This document shows positions 1 through 13,150 of a stretch of DNA of 50,759 nt, piece after piece. The stretch spans positions 1 through 50,759 of the forward strand of contig NW_021834209.1 of the NCBI RefSeq assembly GCF_006345805.1, read 5' to 3'. Position 1 is the stretch's first letter; the number at the start of each line of letters is the position of its first letter. Origin of the DNA: Octopus sinensis (Eukaryota). Below the pieces are notes generated by a model that saw only the letters and a list, made by a program, of their open reading frames with translations, made no database searches and was not told the DNA's origin. Made by a program: the position numbers and the translations under genes.

Positions 1-50
1 AACTGAACCCCGGACTGTGTGGTTGGGAGACAAACTGCTTACCATGCAAC
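1..50 (-). mobile_element. SINE family S2 head fragment (cut by the window edge)
   Basis: actgaaccccggactgtgtggttgggagacaaactgcttacca matches the S2 head at 30733-30775. Confidence 0.6.
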
Positions 51-275
51 AAACTCCCCAATATAACATGATGATATCTACAATTCTATAAAGCGTCCTC
101 ATGAACCAAAGATAAAGTACTCAATACGTCGCTTCAGTGCATGTATTTTATTTATCATAATATCATTTGCGATATAAATAGTATTACATTTCCAACAAAA
201 TATTTTTCATTCGATAACGCAACAGCTGCCTCAGGTATTGCTAACCTCTAGCATCAAGTTCATATTAGCGAACCC

Positions 276-330
<55 letters not shown>

Positions 331-381
331 CTACTAGCTATCTATCTATCTATCTATCTACCTACCTACCTACCTACCTAC

Positions 382-461
<80 letters not shown>

Positions 462-669
462 TTCAGTAATGATAAACTGAAATTTCAACATGGGACCACA
501 GACTTCAGATAAATTAACCTCATAATCCATATTTGGGTCAGCAAACTAATATGTAGAATTTATGCTGCGATGCGCTGCTCCTCGACCTCTGCAAGTCCAC
601 CCTGGGCCCCTCCACCCATTCCCTATAACTAAAAAGTTTAGAGGTTTCAAGTGCTGCTTGAAGTCAGTT

Positions 670-835
670 CTCCAACCTCCAGTACTTCACCGTTACTTTA
701 TATTTATTCAGTCTATCGTTCCTGGGGAGATATAAAGGTAAAGATAAACCCGGCCGGCTGGATTTTGAACCCAGAACTTAAGAGCCTATTACTAATACCG
801 TAAGTCATTTTTGTCCGATGCTCAACCGATTCTTT
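670..835 (-). mobile_element. Old, degraded S1-related SINE
   Basis: Reverse complement retains gaatcggttgagcatcggacaaaaatgacttacggtatt...ttctgggttcaaaatcc...ctttacctttat. Confidence 0.5.
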
Positions 836-910
836 GATCCTCTTCTATTTTGACCGAAGTATTCATTGTCATTTCCAATTCACTGATTGCTCTCGATAAT
901 TTGTCAGCTT

Positions 911-1321
911 AAGGCGGTGAGCTGGCAGAAACGTTAGCTCACCTGCCAGGCGAAATGCTTAGCGGTATTTCGTCTGACGTTACGTTCTGAGTTCAAATTC
1001 CACCGAGGTCGACTTTGCCGTTCATCCTTTCGGGGTCGATAAATTAAGTACCAGTTACGCACTGGGGTCGATGTAATCGACTGAATCCGTTTGTCTGACC
1101 TTGTTTGTCCCCTCTGTGTTTAGCCCCTTGTGGGTAGTAAAGAAATTGAAATAGGTATTTCGTCTGTTTTTACGTTCTGAGTTCAAATTCCACCGAAGTC
1201 GACTTTGCCTTTCATCCTTTCGAGGTCGATAAATTAAGTACCAGTTGCGTATTGGATTCGATCTAATTGACTGGCCCCCTCCCCCAAAATTTCGGGACTT
1301 GTGACTAGAGTAGAAAAGAAT
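911..1321 (+). mobile_element. tRNA-derived SINE family S1, dimeric form (unit 1 with Tx1-like tail, unit 2 with a different tail)
   Basis: Head ggcggtgagctggcagaaacgttagc (A-box-like) and GTTCAAATTCC (B-box-like). Body duplicated at 965-1146 and 1153-1321. Same architecture at 35887-36275. Confidence 0.85.
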
Positions 1322-1353
1322 GATATATCAGCTCGCATTTTGTCTCACATAGT

Positions 1354-1413
<60 letters not shown>

Positions 1414-1440
1414 TCACTCTCACTCTGTCTGTCTGTCGTT

Positions 1441-1582
1441 AATGAAATAATAGATTTCTGTGTGCGGAGTGACACATTAGATTCGTATGAGCGTAGAATA
1501 AAATCATAGACTCCAACATACAGAATAAAACGGTAATTTTCTGTGTAGAATGAAATAATGGATTTCTATGAATAGAACGAAT
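1441..1582. repeat. Degenerate ~27-bp minisatellite (gAATGAAATAATAGATTTCTGTGTGta-like, about 5 units)
   Basis: Recurrent aatgaaataat.gatttct / aataaaa...tag units. Confidence 0.5.
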
Positions 1583-2862
1583 CGTTGTGCGTTCCCAGGA
1601 ATTCTTCTTGATTTGTTTGTCCGACTTTTGTATTTCTCAAACTTTCAGAATTTTCTGGAGAACCAAAGTCCAGCAGACAAATATCAAAGACTACCTAACA
1701 ATCATTTTAAACATGCAATCAAGTATACAAGACGCAGATAATCTTCAGCAAACTTAGTGTATTAAAATATAACAATAAAAATACCAAATGAGATATTCCT
1801 TCTCAGTATTGGCGGCCGAGGATATTGTATATGAATGACATCCATAAATAAGACCGGTGCCTCACAGAATTTAACAATCTACCAACGTTACTAAATATAT
1901 AAATAATTTCTGACTTTCTATTACTTCACTGGTGATTAAAGCAACGATTCTGATGAAAAATTAATAAATATACAGCATGATTAATACCTGCCGGATTTGA
2001 ACTCAAAACTTCAAACTGAAACTGATGCCAACTTTATACCATCAAGACATTTTCTATCCGGCGCTTTACTTCGGCTTCCACCCCCGCCACCGGCTCCAAA
2101 TCAAATATTACCAAATACAATATTATCAAGTAATGAATTATCAGATAATATTACACATGTGTATTACATTCCGAAAATTTCTTCGGGCGACCCGAAATGT
2201 TGGAAAGTGCATCTTAGAATTTCTTCTTGACATATTATATTATATTTTTGTGTTGTCTACAACATTTGTTCTCATTGTACATTTTTTTCTTTCTTTCGCT
2301 ACTTTTATTCTCACTCTTTGCACTTCCTTTATCAGCCATATACCATATGCCATGTTCCAATCAGGGGTGAAATTGTTTTGTTATACTTAAGAATGCCTAA
2401 TAACCCATACATATCTCCACCAAGTTTTTAAAGACTCAGAACGCGTTGGAACTCCAGTACTTTGCTATTTCATTCCGAAGCATAAATCGTCCAAGAGAAG
2501 AATGCATTAAAAATATACAAAAATTTTATAAGGGTAAACATAACTTTCTTAATCTGGAGTATCTTAGAAGTGTCGGAATTCAAGAGGAGAAATTATATAT
2601 ACTTGAGGGCCAAATGTGTTGGTTGTCAAGTAGCTTGAAGAATTTAGAATTGTCAAAACACTGGGGGTGTTCTTCACTGAATACAATGCATAGAACTCAA
2701 GCTATTTCCAAGAGGGGAAAATATTTTAGCTAAAATGCTAATTTAATGCAAACCTCAACCTCTCTCTCTCTCCCTCTCTCTTTCTCATCTCTCTCTCTCT
2801 TCTCTCTACTCATTCGCTTAAAAGTCAGAACCTTGGGGGTTTGACAGGTTGAGAAATTCGTA

Positions 2863-2924
<62 letters not shown>

Positions 2925-3270
2925 TGTGTGTGTGTATATAAACATGATATAATGTACGTGCATAATATATAATATAATGCATATATATGTATATATATAT
3001 ATATATGCACACACACATATGCATGCACAGATGCGCACATACATGCACACACACAAACCTATAGAATCTTAATGGATTCCAGTACCTGTGTTGAAATGGA
3101 TTCTGAATTAAATAAAACCATAAAAAGCTATATTAATTTACAAATTCTTTCGGTGGAAAGCAAAGTAAAGAAAAATAACCAAAGAAGGCAAAAACAACAA
3201 TCAGAACAATATAGCGAAGGTATCAGTTAGTTAATAGGAGAATTTGTAGAAGAGCTAGGTGAGGTACAGT

Positions 3271-3306
3271 ATCTAACGTTTCGGAGGCTTGTCTTTCGTC
3301 AGAAAA
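3271..3306 (-). ncRNA. Degraded hammerhead-like motif of the 25674 type
   Basis: UUUU-CUGACGA-AAGACAAGCCUCC-GAAA-CGUU-AGAU; stem II is decayed. Confidence 0.45.
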
Positions 3307-3722
3307 TGAGAAAGAAATGAAAAAGAAACCGAGATTGTTTAAAGGCAAGCAAATGTCATAAGCAAATATTTAATTTATCAAGATACATAATTTTAGTAAA
3401 ATATTTATGAAAGCACAAAAATATGAGGAGAATTGATTAGATGACTATTGTTGTTTAATTTCTAATGGGGTTTCGATACCCCCCATTCAAAAATATGTTA
3501 ATTTCTTTGGATACCATATATGTAACTGAAATGCTTTCTCATTCACCATCGCACAACGAATCTAACACTGTCGTCACTAACGTTGGTAGTCTCACATCAG
3601 ACACTTGTGTTTATTTAAGGCCTCATAAAGGGTCTCCTTTTAGGGAGGCTGGAAACCAGCAGATTACTTTTTTACCAGCTAGAATGATTGCAACAGAACG
3701 GACTGCACACACACGCACACAC

Positions 3723-3758
<36 letters not shown>

Positions 3759-5045
3759 AAGATGTTACAGAATATATATATATCACAAAACACGATAATA
3801 GATGAAGACATGAAGACACCTGACAGTATAATCGTAGAGAAACGATATACGCATCGAAATGAAACGAAGAAGCTGGACATTTATGGTAAGTGTTGTCAGC
3901 TCCAATGATGGTTCTGAAGTAATCACAGAAGCGATTCTATGCCAGGGTCATGTCACACCCCATATCGCCCCCACGCCAGCGACAGAAAGTTCTTAACCTC
4001 CTTTTTCCCCATGGGGTCGCCATCCGGTTACCTCCCCACTCGATTTCGTTTATATCTCAGTGTAGGTGTTTCATAGCACCAAGCTATCACCAGCTTGTCA
4101 TATGATGTTGGGCTCAGTTACATGACCACTCGTCATCATAAACAGTATCTTCTTCTCGACATAGAACTTATAGTTCATTACCTCTTGCATCACGTGTGTC
4201 CGTCAATGAATTTTCCCATCTTCAACTGAAGTATGAGACATTTTCATTTTGGCACCGCCATTTTCAACTGAGGTTTCATGCATCACCGTTTTGGCGCCGC
4301 CAATTTGGCTTCCCTGATTTGACGCTGACTTATTTGACTTCAGTCATTTTAATACTTCTCCCGTTATTTGACGCTTTACCACCTCTCTATATATATGTGT
4401 CACTCCCTTTCTTTCCCCCCTCTCTCTTTCTTTTGTGTATGTCTGTGTTTATGCGAATGAGCACATTTCTTTTTATGTGTACGTTAAGAGGGAAAGTGTT
4501 TATGGTAAACGCTTTCACATAATAAATTGCTATGTCTCTATCTGCCAACCTCTACGCGCATATGGGTATGTGCACTTGCCTCCAGTGCCAAAATGTACCG
4601 TCGCCAGTTCAGCCTGAATGATCAGTGAACCATGTCAACTCGTCAACATCAAAACACCTACAACCATCGTCTCATAGCTGTACAAGTGGTAGACAACGAC
4701 TTGCATGAAGTTGCTGCAACTGGCATTGATGGCCTAGCTGGAGCACATACTCTACTTGAGTGTCATAATGACGCCTGACAACGCAGAAACATGAGTCACC
4801 CGACTCTGAACATTAAGACCCGGTCATGGTCGAGAAACCGTCAGCAATTCCCAGCCACAACAATTGCTAGTTACAGCAACTAGCAAAGCCAATCTTTTTT
4901 ATCAAGACAATCTGGCATGTTGTTACCGTTTGTGGGACTACAAGAGCAAGGAGAAAGTTAAAACTTGACGCTTATCGAGTAGACGTCTATTATTTTACAG
5001 CTATAACTCGGTACAGATTTGTTCATTGACACCCAGTAAGCACGA

Positions 5046-5050
5046 TACAT

Positions 5051-5099
<49 letters not shown>

Positions 5100-5142
5100 C
5101 ATATATATATGTACATACATACATACATACACACACACGCGC

Positions 5143-5173
<31 letters not shown>

Positions 5174-5210
5174 ATATTGGCACACATATGTATATATATA
5201 TATGTACATG

Positions 5211-5258
<48 letters not shown>

Positions 5259-5271
5259 ACAAACACACATG

Positions 5272-5321
<50 letters not shown>

Positions 5322-5323
5322 TT

Positions 5324-5403
<80 letters not shown>

Positions 5404-5610
5404 TGTATATATATATGTATGTGTATATATACATATATGCATATACATATATAGAAATATATAAAAAGAAAAAAAATAATATATATATACATATATATAT
5501 ATATATACATATATATATTTATATATATTCTTGTATACATATACAAATATGTACTTATACACACACATATATGCACGCATGCACAAGTATGCACGTGTAC
5601 ACACATCCAT
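5046..5610. repeat. Compound microsatellite (ATAC)n/(CA)n/(TA)n/(GA)n/(GATA)n, representative of dozens of such tracts
   Basis: Seen directly. Similar tracts at 276-460, 2860-3055, 6138-6420, 11838-11930, 12525-12851, 18731-18890, 22048-22200, 29400-29830, 34270-34650, 34890-35170, 41475-41760 and 42650-42760. Confidence 0.95.
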
Positions 5611-6218
5611 AAATATCTTCATGCACAACCAATGAAACGTTTACAGGCACACAAACACGTATATGTATGCGTGTGTTCGCATGAGTGTGTGCGTGCGCGT
5701 ACGTGTGTGCGTCTGTGTGTGCATATGTAATTCTAGTATGCCTCTAATGAAATTCGTATGTCTTCCCTCGTATCAACATATGGTGCAGCAGCCATTGCTG
5801 TGGAGTCGACTTTACGCCTTTCTTCCTAACAGTTGTTTCGACTTCATCACAATCGTTATTCAAGTCTTGCTTCAACCGAACCAAGCCTTTCGTCCGACTT
5901 TATCACATCTCTTTAGATTTCTTATCAAAAATTCCCCCTCTTGCCAAACGTATTTCTCTTCATATCTAACAATTTATATTGTTTATAATGAATTACATTC
6001 GTGAAATGATCTGTGTAATAGTTAAATTGTTTTCTGGCGCAACACGTCGCTACAATTAACGGCATCTTTGATGAACGAGAGATCACCCCAAACTATTTCT
6101 TCGCGAAAAGAACACAAGAACTGCAGGAGCGATGCCAATATATATACATACACACACTTACACACACACACACACACACATATATATAATATATATATAT
6201 ATGTATACATATATATTT

Positions 6219-6344
<126 letters not shown>

Positions 6345-6356
6345 TATATATATTAT

Positions 6357-6421
<65 letters not shown>

Positions 6422-6908
6422 CTAAAATATTCTAGAATATTTCAATGTGTGCCGCAGATGGCACAGTGTATGAGGTATGCGTTTTGACAGGATAAAAAGT
6501 TAAAAGTCACTGGTTAAAAGTACACACATCTCGTCGCCGGCGATGTTGTGCGGGGTGTCCTAAGAAGGCGTTGAGAGTTTAAAGAATTATCAGCAATAGG
6601 AACTACCGCGTTGCACAGACACGTTCATGGAATTGTCTTGGGTAATTCCATAGCTGGCTTCTTCCTTCTTACATGTTTTGCATAAAAAATATTTGTTCCA
6701 CTAGATACAGACAAGGTCACCACAGCAGAACAAAGACGGTGGCGTATTTTGTCGAACACTCTACGAAATCGACCGAACCTCTGCTCTGAAATACATCCTT
6801 GCTTTATCAATCAATTCCACACAGCCAGGTCCTGTTTCCAGTTGGGGGCCAAAGATTGTTTGTAATCAGATCTAGTGTCGGTCGGGCATTCGATTGCAGA
6901 TTCAGAAT

Positions 6909-6943
<35 letters not shown>

Positions 6944-6944
6944 T

Positions 6945-6977
<33 letters not shown>

Positions 6978-7379
6978 GGAAAGAAAGAGATAAAGTGAAA
7001 GAGAAAGCGTGCGCATGTGTGTATGTAATTGTATATGTATATATTTTTATATGTATACATGTATACATTCATGCATTATTACATACTCCTCCATGCACAC
7101 ACACACACACACTTATTTTCTGCTTCCCATATACACTGCATTAATATTCCTCGGATTTTCCGTTGCGTTGTTGCTTTTATTGAACTCATAAAGCAAAATA
7201 TGCCGAATGTGCTCTTTTGCCACTTCCATTACAGCTTTGAAAAAATAACTGTTAAAACCGAACTGCACTCTTGAAAACTTGCACTAAGAATAAGCACAAG
7301 GTAAAATTACTACCTGCTTTTATAGCAAGTTGATGCAGGTAGCTTATCCTGTATCCCACCCCCAATATATATATATATA

Positions 7380-8257
7380 CTAGCAGACGTACCAGGTAAT
7401 TCCCTGGAAAGCGGGCTTATCCCTTGGTTCCATTCTCATAATTGCTTCTCTAATCCAATAACAACAATACAAAGTATGTAGGCCTTAAAACTGTTTTTGT
7501 GCATCTACAGAGAATACCGAACTGTCTTATATGAGATCTTGTTTTTAGGAATTCCCAATGAGTTATGAATACCTAAACAGTGAAGTCAGTTATGTAATAA
7601 CATGAAATTAGTTACCTGATAGTAAGAATTCAAATAAAGTAGCCCGGAAAGGGCTTTGATATGTTCCCCAGAGCATATAGAACATAGGAGGAGATACTAA
7701 TAATGTATGTATACTAAAATCATGAATCATGTTACGTAATAACAAGCTGATCGAATATGAAATAATAACAATTCAAAGTAAATAACTCTAGAAAGGGCTT
7801 TTGTGCGTTCCCAGAGAATATTACCCTCAGTGGCGCTAGTCACTAACCGAAATAAGTGGATCTATTTTTGAGAAAAATACTATTTACTTATTTAAGCGTT
7901 GTACTGGATGAATTCAGAAAATAACTCTAACAGTTCAAATACTAAGAAATAAGCATACTCAATTTGATTTATACCAAATAATTTTGGAAAATGAATGAAT
8001 GAATTATTTCCCTTGTCTATATATAAGTATCCCTTCCCTTGGTTCTTAAAATAAAATATATTAGATATAAATACGGATCTCATCCAGGGGGCCTATTATC
8101 GATTTTTTCAACAATCTGAGTATGCCATGAGATTTCCAGACATGAGTTCTACTCACGTGTCAAGTTTCACCAAAATAGATAAAACGATGTAAAGGAGGAG
8201 TTAGCTAACAACTCCACAAACGCACCCACACACAGAATTTCGCACATACGTAGTAGA
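7380..8257 (-). mobile_element. Non-autonomous Helitron (family C)
   Basis: Minus strand starts TC (8257) and ends with hairpin CCAGGGAATTACCTGG, a short spacer and CTAG (7380), beside (TA)n. The 5' region has the caagtttca...ggagttag...cacacacag motif shared with the other Helitrons. Confidence 0.7.
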
Positions 8258-8271
8258 TAAATGTATATATA

Positions 8272-8945
8272 CTAGCAGTATCGTCCGGCGTTGCTCGGGT
8301 TTGTAAGGGAAATAACTATATAAGCATTTTTAGAGAGTTATAGCAAAAAAATAGCAAAAAAATGCATTAAAAATGGAATAAAAAATTATGGTAATTTTTT
8401 TTTTAAATCGTTGACTCGTCGTAGACATTTTTAGAGAGTTACTTCCCTTATATAATAGCGAAAAAAATGCATTAAAATGGATAAAAGGATGGTAAATTTT
8501 TTTTTAAATCGTAGACTCATCGTAGACGCTTTTTTAGCAATTTCGGTTTTGGTGTCTTCAAGCCATGAAGTCGTTGTTCTAAAAGAACGCTGGTTTCCTT
8601 GACAACGCTTTACGACGTTGATTTCCTTACACTCCCTTCCCCACAGCTTCACGAGGGAGGGAAGAAGGGGGAGAAGCAACACAGGTGCAAGTGTGAGCGT
8701 GGACGCCAACTCGGCCGCCATCGACACACGAAAAAATATGCATTAAAATGGAATAAAAAATGATGTTAAATTATTTTTAAAATGGTAGACTCATTGTAGA
8801 CGCGCGCTAATACTCAGACGGGCTCGATATGAATCACGACTATAAGATACCCGAATTTGGTTAAACTGCACCGCAAAATGTGGGAGTAGTTAGGAATCTA
8901 AATCGAAGGGGACAGACACTCACACAACTACAGTTTTATATATAT
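8272..8945 (-). mobile_element. Non-autonomous Helitron (family A) with internal ~100-bp duplications
   Basis: 3' end CCCGAGCAACGCCGGACGATACTGCTAG (hairpin plus CTAG). Near-identical to 8947-9445 and 50261-50759. Confidence 0.85.
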
Positions 8946-8946
8946 A

Positions 8947-9436
8947 CTAGCAGTATCGCCCGGCGTTGCTCGGATTTGTAAGGGAAATAACTATATAAGC
9001 ATTTTTAGAGAGTTACTTCCCTTATAAATTCAGGCTTTCTTAGCCATTTTTGTTTTGGTATCTTCAAGCCATGAAGTCGTTGTTCTAAAAGAACGCTGGT
9101 TTCCTTCACAACGCATTACGACGTTGATTTCTTTACACTCCCTTCCCCACAGCTTCACGAGGGAGGGAAGGGGGAGAAGCAAACAGGTGCAGCTGTGAGC
9201 GTGGACGCCAACTCCGCCGCCATCGACACACGATGCATTTTATGCATTAAAATGGAATAAAAAATGATGTTAAATTATTTTTAAAATTGTAGACTCATCG
9301 TTGACGCGCGCTAATAGTCAGACGGGCTCAATATGAATCACGACTATAAGATACCCGGTTTTGGTTAAACTGCACCGCAAAATGTGGGAGGAGTTAGGAA
9401 TCTAAATCGAAGGGGACAGACACTCACACAACTAGA

Positions 9437-9445
<9 letters not shown>
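8947..9445 (-). mobile_element. Non-autonomous Helitron (family A), tandem copy
   Basis: Same CTAG/hairpin end and body as 8272-8945, directly head-to-tail with it. Confidence 0.85.
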
Positions 9446-9489
<44 letters not shown>

Positions 9490-9796
9490 CCTTAAATCCT
9501 TAAAAAGGCTTTAGCCCGAAGGCCGCGGCCATGCTTGGGCACCACCGCTGAATACCAAATGTATACATTTTTATCATTATTTTGCAATTTACTTAATCAT
9601 CGGTATATTATTGTTATTTTATTTTTAATATTTCTATTATATGTAATTTTCTAGATGGTGTAATTTAATTGTTCATTTTGAATTGATAAAAGGTGTTTTT
9701 TTCTAACTTTTATATATATATATTATATTTTGTGAAATTTGATTTAGTATTCCTACATCGAATTTTTCCCTGTAAGTTAGGAATAATATTCCCTCA

Positions 9797-10593
<797 letters not shown>

Positions 10594-10849
10594 TATATGA
10601 TTTTGATTTTTTTTTCCAGTTTCAGCTAATGAGATGTGGCCATGCTGGGGCACCGCCATTTAATATATATATATATAATATAATATAATATAATATAATA
10701 TAATATAACATAAAATAATATAATATAATATAATATAACACAGGGGGAGAAAGAGAAAGACAGAGGATAAAAAGGTTATTGATAGATATTCATGTGTCTA
10801 TGTATAGAAATCTTCGTTTATTTCCAAACGTGTTTTGCGCGCGTTTGTG

Positions 10850-10884
<35 letters not shown>

Positions 10885-11836
10885 ATTTGAGAGACGTAAA
10901 ATTAAAATATAACACTTGTTCCACTCCCACCCCCTTACACCAACTATTATCACCATTAGAGCGCAGCATTTAACACGTCTTCACGTCATTGCTGCTATCA
11001 GCTTTGTCATGCCTTTACGTAGATCTGTCATCACTTGCCAGTTATCGCTGATACTAGCAAATGAGTTCATCTCAACACCATTACCGTATTAGCTTAGTGT
11101 TAATATTGTTTGTGGAAACGCTTCCCAGTGAAAGAAACAGTCAGAAAATATTATGCTTTTTGGATAGATTGTTGCAGTTGATGTTGCTGTTAGCGTATTT
11201 TTAACACCGATGTAGTGTCGATTAACGAAACCTATGAGTTTGTGTATGTTGTCTTAGAAAACAGCAGGAGTGAATATACATGCAATTCGGCAAGCTTTCC
11301 GTAATTCTAGTGAGCGTATTACTTAGTTCCCTGCATATCAAAAAACGAATTTCACCTTACCAATTGACAGACAATTTTTCGCGGCATTGATAAACACTAA
11401 AGAGGGCGAAACCCGTCATTCGTTCTCGTAAGTCACTGCTGCATTGACGTCATATTTTTCTTTTCTATTCTTTTTCTATACCAGCTGATTTTAATGTGGT
11501 TTCTGCAGTCAAGAACGACGAGGATCTTAGTTTTCTTAATCTCTTTCATTTCTTCTCGTTCCAATTTTTGCATCAAACTTCTCCACATTTTTTTCACGTT
11601 TATTCACGTTTTCTTTTCGTATTCTCTCACTGTTCAGTGTCCTTGTTTTCAAAATATATCTAACACATAAGCAGAACCTGAAAGATTTCTTGGAGGTACA
11701 TGGCGTATTCTATAAATATGCCCAGTTAAAGTATCATAAAGGCCTGAAACTATAGGTGGCGCTTTCGGTTATGTATTAAATTGATTTTAGCACTCACAAG
11801 ATGAAGTACGGTTTTTGTTGATTCTACCCCTGTTGG

Positions 11837-11930
<94 letters not shown>

Positions 11931-12638
11931 GTCATATGTACTAAATACAGTATGGTATATGCCGCCTGTTTGCTGTTGCAATATGGCTATAAAGGTAAGA
12001 ATCGAAGCTCCGCAATCTTGAGATCCTGGATTCGATTCCACTCACCGGCATCTTGAGTGTCATTTACTGCTGCCTCAAGACAACCATGTCTTGCCATCGA
12101 AATTGGATAAAGGCGCACAGGATATAGAAACCCACGAGATGGAATATACCGGTAAATTAATGGTGTAACATTGTTATGCAGTAAGGGTACGCACGACTGT
12201 GGGGTACTCGGCCAAATATACATTAAATGTAGAGTTGATTGAACAACTGAATAGTTACGGTCTGGTCAGAAGAATTCTGACCGAAATCAATTTATGAATA
12301 TTTATTTTGTCTGGAATGTAGAATATCTTGGATTTAATATACATAAGTATATTGGCCACAGTCCAATGTGTATCTCTAATAAAGGAACACACACGGCTAT
12401 ACTTAGACATACCTACATTCACACACACACACACACACTCAAATATATGTTTCAAAACGAAGGCTTAAAATCTAGAAGTTAACAACTTGAAACTAATATG
12501 GGTGTATGTGTACGATTTTGTGCGAGTACACACACACACACACACCACAGTGTTATATGTATATGTATGTATATATATATATATACACATACATACAGAC
12601 GTAAATACACACACACGCACTCACACACACATACACAA

Positions 12639-12677
<39 letters not shown>

Positions 12678-12780
12678 ACACACACACACATATATATATA
12701 TATCAACAGAGACAGCCAATCAGATAGACAGATGAATAGATAGAGAGATAGAGATAGATGGATGGATAGGTAGATAGATT

Positions 12781-12853
<73 letters not shown>

Positions 12854-13150
12854 CTTTTTATTGTAGCCACACAGGGCTAAACACAGAATAAAAATGGACA
12901 AAATACAATGTAGAATTTTTTCTTTTCGAGGTGGGATGGGTGGGGCACAAAAAAAAAACACGTTTGATCAATAGGGATCTGTGGGTTGTGTGGTGTATAA
13001 AAAGGCAATATATATATATATATATATATAAGGTTCACAGTTTAGGTGTAGCTTTGGAAAGAAAAACCTACAAAAAAGACCAAGGTCACTTCAGACAATT
13101 CGAAAAAGAACACATGAGTAAGTCGCCTTACTTCTCGTTGTCTCTTTTGG

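Noticed and set aside
4560-5000. Possible exon or transposase remnant (likewise 2446-2733 and 6500-6900)
   Set aside because: No sustained frame, recognisable motif or convincing splice pair; needs BLASTX.
5001-5628. Long ORFs rich in YI/IYLS/CV/HT (and the many similar ones across the window)
   Set aside because: Stop-free translations of (TA)n, (TATC)n and (CA)n microsatellites, with no domain or codon signal.
8431-8727. ORF repeated at 50526..50711 as a captured gene fragment
   Set aside because: It lies inside the Helitron family A body, the frame is not preserved among the three copies, and no domain is recognisable.
11385-11425. GGCGAAACCCGTCATTC as another hammerhead
   Set aside because: The GAAA-CCCG-UC half is present but there is no acceptable CUGANGA or stem II.
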